Program-made: the position numbers and the translations under genes
The notes under the pieces: generated by a model
The model's input: only the letters and a program-made list of their open reading frames with translations
What the model was told of the DNA's origin: nothing
Database searches by the model: none
Part shown: positions 11,328 to 25,277 of the stretch, piece by piece
Layout: each line of letters opens with the position of its first letter
Position numbering within the stretch: position 1 is the first letter of the stretch
Source: Toensbergia leucococca
Lineage: Eukaryota
NCBI GenBank assembly: GCA_022813965.1
Contig: JALDZS010000027.1
Span: 124,001 to 179,326 of the forward strand
Direction: 5' to 3'
DNA length: 55,326 bases

Positions 11328-13420
11328 CTAAACCTCCTCCTTCACCTTCTCATCCCCAACCAAAGTTCCAACCCCATCACCCACTCCTTCACCACCCACA
11401 ACCTCCTTCTCCCCTTGCATCCCTCGCATTCCCTTCTCCACTTTCCTCTCCTTCCGATGTCTCTCCTGCTCCTCCAATCCTTGCTTCTGTACCTCATGCG
11501 TCTTACTAAGCGTCTGCCTCCCAATCGCCAAACTAACCGCCAAACCCAACGCGGCAATGCACACATAAAAGATCCACATGGTCTGCAAACTACTCGTATA
11601 TGCCTCCGTCGCCACCGCCTTCTGCATCGGCGGAAGTATCCTCACAATCGCCGTGTTGGCACCTGCGCTGCCGCCGCCGAGCTCAGACGCAAGCTCGTCG
11701 CCCAAGGAGCCCCGGAGCATTGATACTTTCTTTTCCATTTGGTTCTGGAAGATGACGCCGCCCATAACGATGGACATAGACGTCGCGATGTTGCGGACGA
11801 AGCCGAAGGTGGCGGTTGCGGTGGCAATGTCCCTTGGTTGGACGAGGGATTGTAGAGCGATGAGAGGAGCTTGGAAGAGAGGGCCGGTGCCAAGGCCAGC
11901 GATTATCTGAAAGATGATGATGCGGGGCCAAGAGGCGTAGGCGGGGAAGTCAATGTAAAGGCCAAAGCCGATGGTCATGAAGGTAAGGCCAAACCAGATT
12001 GGGGGGAGGTATTGGCCGGTTTTGCGGATAAAAACACCGGTTCCGGCGGCCATTAAAGAGAGGGAGAGGACGAAAGGGAAGAGGTAGACACCTGAGAGGA
12101 TAGGTGTGGCCCCTAGGACTGCTTGAAAGTAGAGAGGTAGGAAGTAGGAGCCGGATATGAAGACAAAACCGTGGCAGAAGCAAACGCCAAGCGCAGCGAT
12201 GTTGGAGCGTTTTTTGAAGAGCCGGAGTGGCATGACGGGGTATTTGGCTACTTTCCATTCGACTAGGAAGAAGATGCCAAGGGTTACAAGACCGAAGACT
12301 ATCAGGCAGACCACGATCGCAGAGCTCCAAGGATAGGTAATACCACCAAATTCGAGGCCAAGAAGGAACATTACTGTGCCTCCGACTACCAGGAGGCAGC
12401 CGAGCCAATCAATGGCTTTTAGACCGGCAATCAACGGGGTCTTGGGCGTTTCGATATCGAGGAAAGCTAGTAGAACAGCAAAAGCGAGACCGTCACATGG
12501 TACTGAAGATTTCTGATAAGCGAAAACTCGAAGAGGAAGGGAGAAAGGTCATCCTACAGTTGATGTAGAAGCACCAGCGCCAGGACACCTTTTCAGCGAA
12601 GACACCGCCAAGGATTGGGCCGACACCGCTAGCCACTGCCCAGGTCATACCGACCATTCCAAAATAAATGCCGCGTTCCCTAACTTGTTATCAGACTCAC
12701 TTTGACAGCTAACTTTGGAAGCCTAGAATGAGACGAACGTACCTCATGCTAAAGAGATCACTGATGCATATATTGACCAAAATGAGGAGTCCGCCCCCTC
12801 CAATACCCTGAATAATTCTTCCTCCGATCAACATGTGCACATTGACGCTCACAGCTGCGATCAGTGATCCAACGAAGAAGACGACATTTGCTCCAAGCAC
12901 TATCGGTTTGCGGCCCCATATGTCGCTGAATTTGCCCCACAACGGAGTCGCAGCAGCAGCGGCCAAAGTGTAGGCAGACCCAATCCAGGTGTAATCTGCT
13001 TCGGAGGAATTGAAATGGGCAGAGATTGTAGGCAAGGCGGTTGTGATGATTGTCTGCCAGAAGTCAATTTCGCCCTTAATAGAGAGGCATTGATATACGT
13101 ACAATGTCAAGCGCAGCAAGGAAGACAGCCATCTATCTCAATTAATTAGCTGGGCATTTAATTGATGTCTTGATCAGTGAGCGGCGTACACATAAGGCTC
13201 CCATTAGCAATAGTATCTTCCCTTTACTTCGTGGTGCTTGTTGCGCCACCTCATGTTTGGATTCGATGACGGGCTCTGGTGACTCTGATAGTGAGGAATC
13301 GGTGGCCTTTTCGGAGTCAAGGTGGTCGTTCATAGTAGTATCGCTGGCGCCAGGTCCAGCCTCAGCCTGGGCTTCAAGGCGTTGGACCTGCGATGGCTGT
13401 TCAGCAGTGGCGGGGTCCAT
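11328..13420 (-). CDS. MFS drug:H+ antiporter (DHA2, 14-TMS toxin efflux type), multi-exon
   Basis: ATG at 13420; 30-nt exon MAVFLAALDI; TIITTALPTI, WIGSAY, GKFSDIWGRK, GRIIQGIGGGG, WRWCFYIN, DWLG motifs; about 4 short GT-AG introns between 12500 and 13190. Confidence 0.93.
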
Positions 13421-14297
13421 GACTGTGTGATGCAAAGCGTCAATCCCCGATTCAAGTGATGAAGGTAAAAGACAAAGAAAGGTCGAACATGTACAACAAG
13501 TACAAAGGAGTGCTATTTGATCTCACCCAAGAGTCTTTATCGAAGGCAATTAATTAATCAATATGGAGTAGGTAATCGAGCATGTTTAGTATTTATTATC
13601 CGTCGGACTTAAGTCACTCTCCGGCCACCGATGGAATAAGGAATTAGCAACATCCGTCATGACTTTTAAACGCGGAGAGCTTATTGGACGAGCCATTGCT
13701 ATGTATATGATAGGAGGCAAACAAATGAAAAAAATTCAACGCTCTGTCCCTCAGTTCAGCCGTTGAGTACGATGGGACGCAAAAGACCATAGCGTCGTTC
13801 AGAAGAACTTCGAATTCTGAATGTCGTAACCGTGGATACTCTTACCTAAGGCTTTACTCAGACCATTTGGAACGGCCATGCATCCAGCCATCTACCAGGA
13901 TTTTCATTTAAGCTTCCGGGCCATGTGTTGTACATATCGCTCCACGGAACGAAAAAATCTTCCGTTGCATTGCGGTACGCCGTTGACTAAAGTCCGTCAT
14001 CCTATGAATTCAGGGGCAATATTAATCAAAACCAGTCATATTATGGATAAGATAATTATCACTTCGAATCTTCGTATTCCTGTTCACTAAACGTATCTCC
14101 ACTACTTCAGTCCTTAGATGACTCGGATGAATAATAAGGAAGACAAAACACAGTAGCATTTAGCGAGCGTGGAATCCATCAGGGTATCGGCCAAGTCTCA
14201 TCTCATCATGCAGCAAAATCCCAACGTATATCAATCACACAAATATCACCAAGCTTTATATTCCCAAACATATCTCCCTCGGAAATTTGAAATTGTC

Positions 14298-16212
14298 TTA
14301 CGCCTTCACCCGTTTTAAGTTTGCCCCCTCCTGCCCATCACCTTCGGGGCTCTTCCTCTTCCTCTCTCCGTCTTCGTCCCTCAAAAAGCTCGGTCCATTG
14401 CCCATCACCGGTGTCTGGAAGTTCAGTGGGCTCGGCAGCATGTTGCTGTCGCCCATTGAACGACCAAAACCCCACTCGGGGTAGAAGGATGACGGCGACG
14501 GAAGTAGACCGTCGGCCACAAATCGGGACGGTAACGCAGAGATGGGTGTTTCAATATTATTATTACTACTGTAAGATTGATTGTTTTGGTTCGTGCTGTT
14601 CATTGGCGGGTGCGGCCGAGCGAATGGATTCGGCGGCCCTTGTGCTCCAGCACTGAGAAGAGCACTAGCGCTTGGCGATGGCGGCGGTAAAACAACGCCC
14701 GAGGAATGACTGGCATCAGTGCTGGCCTTGGCCGGAGTTCCGGCAGTAGTGCCGCCCGACTCTCGTGGGGATGATTCTGCCGTTGCGCTTCCGCCGTCTG
14801 ACTGTTCACTTGGAATCTGTACCTTGAGTCGTGGTCTTTTGGCACCAAGTTGCGCGCTGTCTGTGCGTGATGGTGGCCGAATGCCTCCAGAGAGCGATGT
14901 GACGGATTGATTTCGCTGAGGCTGAGGAAGCTCTCGCTGTGGTCTCGGTGGAGGAGCTGTAGGCGCAGATCCATTACTTCGTTGCATTTTGCCAACATCT
15001 ACCGATTGTGACCGAAGGTCCTTTTCCACCTTTATCTCACTGCGAGGTTCATGAGCAGTTGTACCCATACCCCAATGCTGAGCCAGCAATGACCGACTAT
15101 CATCAATGGGAGTGAAGATGCTACGCGATTTTGCTGGCATTGGTTTCGGTCGCTGAGGTTGGCCCTCTTGTGGGTTTTGCTCGGAAATAGGTAGAGGTGG
15201 AGACGAGGTTTGGTGCTGTTGCTGAGGACGTTCATGCTGTGGAAAAGCTGGCGGCATCGACTGCCGCCTCTGATCTTGCATAAAAGCCTGCTGGACTTGA
15301 GGATGCTGTGGTGGCTGTTGATGCTGACCGTATTGATAATGTGGTTGCTGCGCTGGCTGTTGTCCATGGTGCGGCGCAACAGGCATGCCTTGAGCTGCGT
15401 GAGGATTGTATAATGGAGGATTCGGCATATATGCATAGCCATTAGGACCATGGGGTGGTTGGCTAGATTGATTCATCTGAGATGCAAGGTTGGAGCTTTG
15501 ACGGCGAACATCATTTCTCGACACCGGTCTAGAACCCATTTGAGGTTGTGGGGTATGCTGACGATGATTGAAGGGGACACCATTCGAGATAGGTGGTGAT
15601 GCGGATGGAGCTTGTCTCATGTGTTGGTAGCTGGGTTGATTTTGTAAATGTGGCGGGAGGCTATGTTCTTGTGATATGTGATCTTCAGCCGGGGGCGTGC
15701 CCATGTCATCGTCGTCGTCGTCATCCATGTCGCGTCGTCCGGCGAAGTCTGCAGGTCCTTTGTGCTCATGCGGTCCGCCATACTGCATAAAGGTCAGGTT
15801 TCGAGGTCACAACAAGGGAAACAACAGACTACTTACGTATTGATATCGTCCAATGGTCTCTTGAATATCGCCGGATGAAAATTCATAAAGCTTCTTATTA
15901 TGACCGAAGATGATGACTGCTACGTCGACAGAACACAGGACGGAAAGCTCATGGGCCTTTTTGAAAAGTCCCCCTTTACGCTTTAGAAATGTCCTAAGAA
16001 AAAGTGGATCATAAGCGGCTGTTCATCATTTTACATGAACCCTGTGCCTTGCGTCTCACAGGTTGTTCCCATAACAACCCGTCACGATGGTGGCGAGGAG
16101 CAATCTCGGATTCTGGACGAAAGTCCCATGGCTCTGAGGAGCGAGGTAAGACTTACACAGAGCGATTCCTATCATCCTTGATTGCCTTGATTTCAATCTT
16201 CCTTCTCCCCAT
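14298..16212 (-). CDS. rlmA: MEF2-type MADS-box transcription factor RlmA (Rlm1/Smp1 orthologue)
   Basis: [19 protein letters not shown] / intron 15994-16156 / [40 protein letters not shown] / second intron / [11 protein letters not shown]-terminal [21 protein letters not shown] and [11 protein letters not shown] motifs. Confidence 0.96.
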
Positions 16213-17350
16213 ACTTGAAAGACGGTGGTGATAATTAAATGGCGCAGTTGTGCGGTATAAGCCGGGCAGTGGCGTTGCGATGGTTCCTGTCCGAGGATCT
16301 AACCGGGCTCGCTGCTGATGAGGCTTCCCCAAAGGACTGGAGGGCGATCATATACAAAGTTCAGTTAAGTGATCGCTTGGTTTGGCGTTGATGAGATGCA
16401 TGATCTATTCTTGGGGAGGTGTCGGCAGAGTGAATTGCACTAGACGCGCTAGATGAAAAGAGAAGGCCCTTCAGTTTCACATCTTAAAATAGCCCACAAT
16501 ATCACTCGATTCGGAGAATTGTGGCCATTTTCGCGGCATTTGAAGGAATGATCAAAACCCGTATTCTGAAGGTTGATACGAGTAATACTTGTATCGCATT
16601 ATCAAGGTTATACCAAGACCATCAGTGGGTGGTCAACTTCAAATGATAAGTAAGTCCTGGAGCCCCTATTTTGAAAGATCATGACCAGTTCTCAGCACCA
16701 ATGTGTTGCCTTCTTATTGGCCGGCCTACCTCATGGCAGCGGAGTAAGCTTCTGCTTGTGTTAATTAATGAACGCAGTAATGACGGGTAACTTTGGCGTG
16801 ACGATATTCTATTTTACCAATGTATCAATACGAGACTACGACGATCTGTAAAACTACTAGATCATTTCTGGATAATTTGCTATCATTTCTTAGGCTCCTT
16901 CTAGTCAAAAGTAGGAATAAGCAAGTTACTTATGCATGATTATTTCAAGCTATTGAGCCGCAAAACCCACACCTTCAGGCTTCTAGATTTCACCATGAAG
17001 ATTCCATACGCTACCTTATGTTCAATTCAAGCAGGCTGGTGACCGACATATCTTTCATATGATCAATGGTATAAATTTGATTGATTCATAGCCTTCCATC
17101 AATCTCTTTATCTTTTATTTCTTCATTCTTGCACAAAATATGAAAACAACGAAACCGTAAAATCATGTCATAGACTCAATTTGGTTGGATCGTTCGAGGT
17201 CCAACCATACAGGTTAAAGCAAAACACTTGGACTCATCACGGTGTGATTATAAGTAGATCATTCCGTACAGTGTCCTTAGTACAACCTAAAGGATCGCAG
17301 TGTGTTTCTTTGCACGTGGGGTTGTCAAGGAGTCGAAGAAAACAGGCCAT

Positions 17351-17360
17351 CTAATTTTAG
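17351..17360. promoter_or_regulatory. Candidate Rlm1/MEF2 binding site CTAATTTTAG upstream of rlmA
   Basis: Exact match to CTA(A/T)4TAG about 1.14 kb upstream of the rlmA ATG; could be a chance match. Confidence 0.3.
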
Positions 17361-18584
17361 ATCTCTCTACCTTAGTCTACCTGCAAGACATACCTACAGC
17401 ATATGGTAAGGTAGGTAAGTCCTTCAAATACTTACTCTAATCTAATTTCTCGGACGACTATCTCAATGCACATAGTGCTGGCACTGTGCCGTTGTGAAAT
17501 GGCTTGAAGGCTTTCAATTACTCGAACTACCTGGCCGCGAAGTATTATTGAACTGGAAGCCTTGACATTTAGGCGCATCGTCTTCCTCAAGCTCGGGCTG
17601 TTGACCTGCTGAGTCCTAATTTTATACACCACCAACACACTGAACAAACAGTCAACCATTATTCAGTCCTGATTCACGGATATGATACTAGGGACTATGT
17701 TTCTCCAATGGTCGCTTTCCGACAGCTCCCTATTCGAACATCCTGAATGTCTCATCGCTACCCTTCGCAGCCATGATATCAATCACTGCTTATACGGCAC
17801 GAGCTGATTTCTCCAATGCCAAGACTGTTCTGGATCGTATTAAACCGAGCCAGTTATGATAGACCTATATTGGCCTGTGATCTGGCAGAAATTTCTTCAG
17901 AATACAGATCCATGGAAGCTAATAACTCGACGCCAGTTTCTCCTGAAAGCAACTGGCGTGTACTGGCTCACGAGTCCATGGGAGCTAGCAAATCGACACG
18001 AGATACTCTGCTTTACATTATCAGTAATCCCTTCGCTGAGCTCTGTCCTCTCCAGGACCCTACGGTGAATGGGCCGAACCTGAACGATCTGCGGATGAAT
18101 GATATCTGGCTTATATGCGGCGGAGTACTCAATTAAGCGCTGCTCAGGCACGTAGTTGATGCAAAGAAGTGGTTCGACGCCTTGAAGACCAACATGAAGT
18201 ATTAACACACAGACAGATATATGAAGATTAAGACAAGAAAGTGAACCAGCAAGAAGACTTTTCTACTGAGAAGAATTGATAACGGTCGATTGTCTCGTTC
18301 ATTAAGAACAAGGTTTTTCAGCTGTTCCTTTACTTTGAGAGCTACATACCTAGGTAGGCCGCTCTGTCCCGATTATGGTTCTCGTTGCATACGTCACATT
18401 ATCCACACGAGCCACAGTATCAAAGTACTGAGGATGTAGCTTGAATTTGATTCACTCAAACCGAGTAGTTGAGGTGTAAAGAACTACACCATCAAGGCTT
18501 GGAATGATTTTTATTGTTAATGTGTGGACTTGAAGGTATTCGATTTACTCGGCAACCTTCCATTGCTCAATGCTTGTTTGAAAA

Positions 18585-19053
18585 TTATGTCTTTTGAGCA
18601 TCATGGCCCCAGTTCTTTAAAGACTTATAGCTCTTGCTGTCGGTGTCTTGCTTGGCTTTTCCCTCCTGAGCAAGATGTCTTTTATTGTACGCAACCACTT
18701 TCCGCATGTGATCAATGTCTTCCTCGTCATAACAGTCCGGTCTCATATCTGGATTCTTCTGTAGAATCTCGATGATTTGACGACCACTATCATCAGAGTA
18801 AGATTAAAAACCTGGATAACACTTTTAAGTCTTAAAAACATTACCTTTCGTGGCCTATCGTTTCGCCAGAGCCATCACCTTTATCCCACCCAGAAGTCTC
18901 TGATTGCTCTTGCTTCAGCCATTCCTCAAGCTCCTTTGCAGTCATGTTTACAAGCTCGTTAAATTCCCTACGCACGTCTTAGCACAGGAAGTAAGGCAAA
19001 CGGGTTTCCGAATCGCGAGTGTACTTAATAACGGTGTCATTATCTTTCACCAT
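18585..19053 (-). CDS. DUF3140 family small protein, 117 aa, 3 exons
   Basis: Exons 19053-19025, 18967-18845, 18786-18585 (introns 57 and 58 nt, GT-AG) give MVKDNDTVIKEFNELVNMTAKELEEWLKQEQSETSGW...GETIGHESGRQIIEIL...DIDHMRKVVAYNKRHLAQ...YKSLKNWGHDAQKT. The VNMT/ELExWL, GHESGR, HMRKVV and SLKNWGHD motifs match DUF3140. Confidence 0.9.
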
Positions 19054-20093
19054 AGTCAAGAAATGGTTTCCTCCAGCTTAGTTCACGGATTCAACGATAC
19101 AATTCAGGCAATGTGTCAATATGAGAGATACGTATCTAAGAAGAACGTCCGTACGAAGTAGTTTTTGAAGTAGAGTAAATCATCTTGACGTCATGGATAA
19201 TTTGACCCAGTGGTACATTGATTGCTTAAGCGTTTACGAGAGTACCATGAATCTCATTGATACATTGCCTCGTACCTTGCCACTACCGTCACTCCCCGGG
19301 TTTTTACTTTTTCACTTGTTCTGACCGCTGATATGAAGTATCGGTGACATCCGCAAGATACTTGCTTCACTATTTCTCGTCACTCTCGTCAATAGTCATA
19401 CATAAAAACAAACTTTATATCACTTGCTTAAAATATGTCCTTGAAGTGATCCTCACCCTTAGCTGCGTTTTTCTACGTCTCCATGGACAGGAGTTTGGTT
19501 TCAAGATGCAATTAAACAAAGCCACCTTCTCAGCATATCATGCTATAGTACTAAGATGGGAGGTGAGTCGTATGATAGTAATATTGATGATATTAAGTCT
19601 CGAGTCAAACGCACAGCAAGATGATCATCGCTATGCCGTCATGGTCCGTCCTTTCCATTAACGCGAGCCCTAAGCCACTAAAAGTAAATCGCGTGTTCTT
19701 GTCGGATACTTGCTTTCAGAGGTAAGATTTCCATCTATTGACAGTGGCGTTTTTCTCATTCCACCACTCTACGATAGCTCATCGATTGTGATTTTCGGTA
19801 CTGCTACGAGTATTTCACGTCACTTTAGTTGTTGACGACCTGCTCGGTACCGTACCCAAAAATCCTTACTTCCTTAATCTCCTTCTCGCTTCTACGCGTC
19901 CCTACCGCCCCTTATTGTAGATCCTGGTCCCCCACGGTCACTTGTCACCCACGTTCACTTAACCTCCGGAATTTATCCACCTTGCACCACCGTGGGAGCA
20001 TAATTGTTTCAGCTACAGCGCTTTAGCTGCGAAGCCCCAATGCTGAACATCAGTCTAGAATCATAAGCACCATATGCCCAGAAATTGATCAAC

Positions 20094-23000
20094 ATGACCT
20101 TCTTGTCTAAGATTTTCAAGGGCAAAGACAGTGCAGGCACACCATCCACGGCGAAGAAGAGAGCCCAGGAAAATGGCGCTGCCCCACCACCACCACAAAA
20201 ATCACGGTGGCAGGATGCTTGGTTGCGGAAGGATGTGGAGCCTGAGGAGGTACAGGAATTACTTAGTGGTTGCACACAAGAGATGAAGTCTAGAGGTTTG
20301 AAATGCCACAGTCGCACAGACACGATGTTATACCTAGCTTTCGCTGATCACATCTCCAGCTCTCGACATGCCCTTCCTCCTTCTGCCATTCAGACCGGCC
20401 TCAGATCCAAGTGCGGCACGAACATTCATACGGAATTATTTCAGCGCAGATAAAGGCGGACAACTGAAGGGGCAGCGTTTAGAGCAAGAGTTGCGATTGA
20501 CAGAGCCAATGGTAAGCAAAAATCCGCATTCATGCTCAATCTAATTGGAAAGTCAGGTCCTATGCAGCGTCATGAAATGGTGCTGGAGTAGATTGGACGG
20601 CGGTGTAGTAACATGGGAAGCATATGAGCTATTCCGCGTTGGGGAACAAGGTATGACACGATTTATGGTTTTTGGTAGTTTTGTGTAACATTATGCAGAT
20701 TCAAATATGGCTCGAGATGCCTTTGCAACTTTCATTCCCATAAGTGTAGCATCTGATGCTCGGACAAAGATTATCTTCGACTTCTTCGATTTGCTGGCCG
20801 CTATAGCTGCACATGGGAAGACAAATGGTATGGGTGGCGGGAAGCTCTCAAGACTGGCTGGATGGTGGGCCTTCGAACACATTGATACCGGTAGTGGATT
20901 TGACGGAGGCTACAAAGCTTGGGCAAGGTTCGTTCGCTGCCAGGTCCGAATCGAAATGCGCAGCTAATTTATTTCAGTGCTGGTGATGCTACAAGTCATC
21001 TGTTTTTCGCCTATCTACGCTCCCTTTCGCCGGGATCCGTGAAGGGCACGAATGGAATATCGACACTACCACTCTCCTTGCAAACACTGGTCTCAGCAAC
21101 TGAGTATCCTCCAGAGAGGCCGACGCTCATGCAAACCGCGACCCCAAAAGTTGTTATGGAGGTTAGCTCCGTTTCGCCTACCCCCTTTGCTCTGCTTCGC
21201 CGTGCCAAGCATTTTCAATATCGCGATGATGATCGAGCATTGCAGCAATTTTCCGATTATGAAGATCCCATACAGGCTTTGACCGACGAATGTCGACGTG
21301 TTCTTCAAAGCATCTCATCGACAAATCAGTCCACAGCGTCAAATTCAAAGACATCTACTAGTCTCCGTGATACTGCCTGGTCACGCTTCGAAGATATTGG
21401 ATTTGGAGGATTAGGAGAAGATTCGGATCACGACGACGCCATCGATGGATCTGCTCTTGGACGTAAACGTAAGCAAAATGATTTGAAATCAACACCGCAT
21501 TCCAAAACACATGAGTCAGGACGACCGACTACCCCTTCTTGGGCCGATTTTCTATCATCCGGATTTGTCGATGACCAAGGCAGCACGGGGCCAGCTCCAC
21601 TACTGCTTCCGCCAGACAAGGTCCTGCCACCCATTGACACGTCTCGAGGACAAAGCTCGCAATCTCATCGGCGAATGGCTAACAATGAGTCTGAGCTTGA
21701 GCCCGGTGAGCTCGCCAGTATTAGCTCAATCAACCTAGATGATGCGTTCTGGTGGGTCTGGATTAGTAGCCTTGCAGGCGAGGAGCCGATGCAACGAAAG
21801 GCAGTGTTTGGACGGTGTGCTCTGATAGAGACGATGATCAAAGGTGGCCAGTGGCTTGTTGTCGAAGAGATGGTAAGAGGTGCGGCGCCTGAGCCACAAG
21901 CGGGTGCCTACATCGCAGAGAAGAAACCCCGGTTTGGTTTCAGTACGAGGAATCGACTCAATCGCAGCAAGTCCTCAGGAAAGAAAGCCCTTCCGCCTCC
22001 CATGTCAGAACCATACCCGCGGAATGACCACCGCTCGCCAGTAAGCAAAACCAGCATTGGTCCAGATCAGCACGCACGGATTCAGGCCGCTGCAGCAGCT
22101 CTACAACGAAAGCAGAAACAGCAGGAGTTGGAGTCCGCTAGTCCTCGACGAGGACGAGTGGAAGATGCGGCATCGACGAAGACCAACAGTGTTTTTACTT
22201 TACAGCCTGTCATAATGAGTGAAGCAGCTCCCGCCATGAAGTGGGCGAACACGTACGATAAAAGCGCTATCCGAGCCGCTTATTTAGGAAATAACTTCAC
22301 AGGGAAAGGATCGGCTACAGACTTGTTAAGCCCCAAGGCTACCATCAACAATAATTCAAGCATGAATGGATCGGCTACTCCAGGAATAGCGCAGAGTCAA
22401 CCAGTCGCCCCTCGAAAAGAGTCTTATGGTTTCCCCAGGCAGGACTCTGATCTTTCTAGAAATCAGGCTGGCCTGTCAAGAAAGGACACTGTGAAGGAAA
22501 GGGGTCTTCCAGATATACCCCAAGAGAACCTCGGAACGCCAGCACCTAAGACACCGCCGGAGCAGCAAACACCTGTTCTTTCTCCGGCGCCTTTACCAGC
22601 AATACCTAATAAAGATATGCAGGAGGCAAATGAGGATGCTGCCAAAGCAGCAATGGTGCCCCTCCCCTCTACGACACCACTAGAATATCCCCACTCAATG
22701 GAAAGGAAGCCGTTGCCTCCGCCGAAAGAGGACCAGGAGCTTACTCCAAATCAGCCGTCCCGCATCGTCTCGCCAGAGTCCGGTTCTCCGCAGCAAGCGA
22801 ATGGTCACTCAGCAAGTCCATCACCACAGAGCAAGTCGAGCAAAAAATTGAAGAAGGGCCCTGGCGGTCTCAAAGGTTTCTTTGGAAAGAAAACTTCGGG
22901 ACCACCTAATTCGCCTGCTCCATATCAACCGCCAGATAGTACTGCCATCGCTGCTGCTCGTGCAGCGTACGCTGGCCCTCGAAGTTTTTCACAGACAACG

Positions 23001-23700
23001 GTGGCTGGACCCCCAATGCAGAAATCTACAATAAGTCGCCGTTTTTCGGGTATAGGAAGGAAGAGAAATCCAAATGTGACTCCTACAGTAATAGCACCAC
23101 CAGTAGCACCCATCCAAGACGTCGATGAAACACCTATCTCAGATGCAGAACTGACACCAGTGGCATCACCACGCTATGAGCCTCCCAATAACCAATACCA
23201 CCAGTCTCAAGCTAGCATCAGTCGCATTGATTCGCTCGAGCAGAGCAATGCTGACCGTGAGTTTCACAATTTCGATCAAGGCCCTTTGGAAGATCAGCCA
23301 GCCTTCATACCACATGATTCTCCCGAGCGTGGCTCACCTGAATTCGTCACCCCTGCCGAGCCAGGCATGGCTCACAATGTTGGGCTCGAGCACCCCGACG
23401 ATGCCTCGCAGCATTCCGAAGATTCAACGGAACCAGCTCCGTTAGTGCAGGATCGCTGGGCACAGATTAGGAAGAATGCTGCTGAACGAGCTGCGAGACA
23501 GAGCGAGGAGCAATCGAGGCCAAGTCAGACAGACAAAACTGATGATGGCGAGACTAGTGGTGAGGAGAGTAAGTCACGCTCGTGTTCTGTGTCTGCATTT
23601 AACTGATGGAAATATAGCCATTGAATCTCGTGTTGCTCGCATCAAAGCCCGCGTGGCACATCTGACAGGCAACATGGAAGGCGCTGGCTCAAGCCGCTAG
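20094..23700 (+). CDS. MSB1: Morphogenesis protein Msb1-like (RhoGAP-like DUF1708 N-terminal domain), multi-exon
   Basis: ATG at 20094; short exons with ALDMPFLLLPFRP, VMKWCWSRL, HGKTNGMGGRKLSRLAGWWAF-like, ATSHLFFAYLRSL, WSRFEDIGF, DDAFWWVW. Last exon IESRVARIKARVAHLTGNME ends at TAG 23700. Confidence 0.88.
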
Positions 23701-25277
23701 TGAATTCGACCACGCATTTCAGCCTAGTGGTCTTGCCACAGCCACTACACTTATCAATCCTTCTCCCCTCCCACACTTTTGATTTTCTTCCCTTTTCTAC
23801 CAGACCCAAGATACCCTTTTTAGCTAGCAAGTCACATGGCGTCGGCATCCTATTCTTCCCCATTCCTCCAAGCTATCGCTACACAATTTCCTTGAAACAC
23901 AATACCCCTATTCGATTAGATATGCTTGCCTCCTTTAATTTGTTCCGAGGATGATGCACATCTAGTCGCTCTATTTCCCCCCGCCTCGTTCTGCAATTTG
24001 TACGTGCCATCTTTACTAATAATCGACTGCGTGCGATACAGCGGGCGTTGGGCATACCACTCCTGCGTTTGTTTGTTTTTTCCCCAAGTACAGCTTCTTT
24101 TTCAAAAGAGAGCGAGGAGGGCGTAATGGGCGAGGGGGTGGGGAGAGAGGTGGCTGAGGGATGATGGTGGTGGACAAAGGAGGAAAGGGTGAGGGAGGGA
24201 TATCGTTGTTGCGTGCGTGTTTTTGTTTATTGCTCATAGATAGGACGATATGCCTGTTGCGTTTGACCAAGCGCCGAGTCTTTCGTCTGTTTCTTTGGGT
24301 GGTTGCGGCTGCGGATAGATGCCTTTTAAGGGGGAGTGATGCATTTTGTGCTCGAAAAATACTTACTTGACAATACCTGAGATTGCCGCTATCCTTCACG
24401 ACGGGGTACCTTGACGATAACAGAATCGCTCCGAATCAATCAATCCATCAGGGGTTGGATAGGACTGCACTGGATCACTTTTTGTGACGGAAGATTCTGG
24501 CCATTTTGAGCACATGCTTTCATCATCGCCTGGAGACTTGCAAAACAATCATTCTCCGAAAACCCCCCATCTTCCCACACGTTCAGCTCAGCAATTTAAA
24601 CCCTCTTCCACATCACCAATGTACGCTAGACTCCAAACTCATCATCCCACTGTCCACCTCCCCTTCCTAATCTCTTTCCTAGTCCCTTTCCTAATCCCTT
24701 ACTAATCAAATCCCTACATCAGCGTACCACACAACAACCAAAACCAACAAACAAACACATCTTCCCAATCAAACGCAACGATCTACATTCCACGGATTCT
24801 ATCTCCCTCCCCTCCCCACCAACCCCCCAGCTAAGGGTAATTGGAGCCACCTACATGGATATGATGCTAATCATTTACTCACGACAAACTGGGCTTGCTC
24901 TGCCTAAAATGGAGGGGAGTGTTTTGATTAATAGTGAACGTGGAAAGGGGGAGGGGAGGGGGGGAATAAAAACGATGCACCAAGCAGCAAGGGTTTCAAT
25001 ATCTGGTCGAGAAATATGTGGGAAAGATAAGAAAAGACGGAAAGAAAAAAAGGGGGGAGATAGTCTACTAACTAATTCCCTTTCCACCTCTCCAATCAAT
25101 AATCTCTCACTTTTTCAAAGAAAAAATAACAACACTCATCGCCTTAACGATTTGGAAACATGAGCTGAAAGCGCACAAACCCCCCCTCTCCCCCCTCTTA
25201 ATAGGTCCATCCAATCCCCAAAACCCCACACAGCAGCACCGAAAGAAATAAGAAAAAACACACAAAACATCGCCCCA

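Noticed and set aside
2350..13420. SnoaL + P450 + MFS pump as a full biosynthetic gene cluster
   Set aside because: No backbone synthase or cluster regulator, and housekeeping CDC1 separates the MFS gene from the P450.
15994..16156. ATGATGA (C-box-like) in the 163-nt rlmA intron, possible intronic snoRNA
   Set aside because: No downstream CTGA D box before the acceptor.
17432..18208. Several 70-106 aa ORFs in the rlmA upstream region
   Set aside because: No motif, and no intron-exon model could be built.
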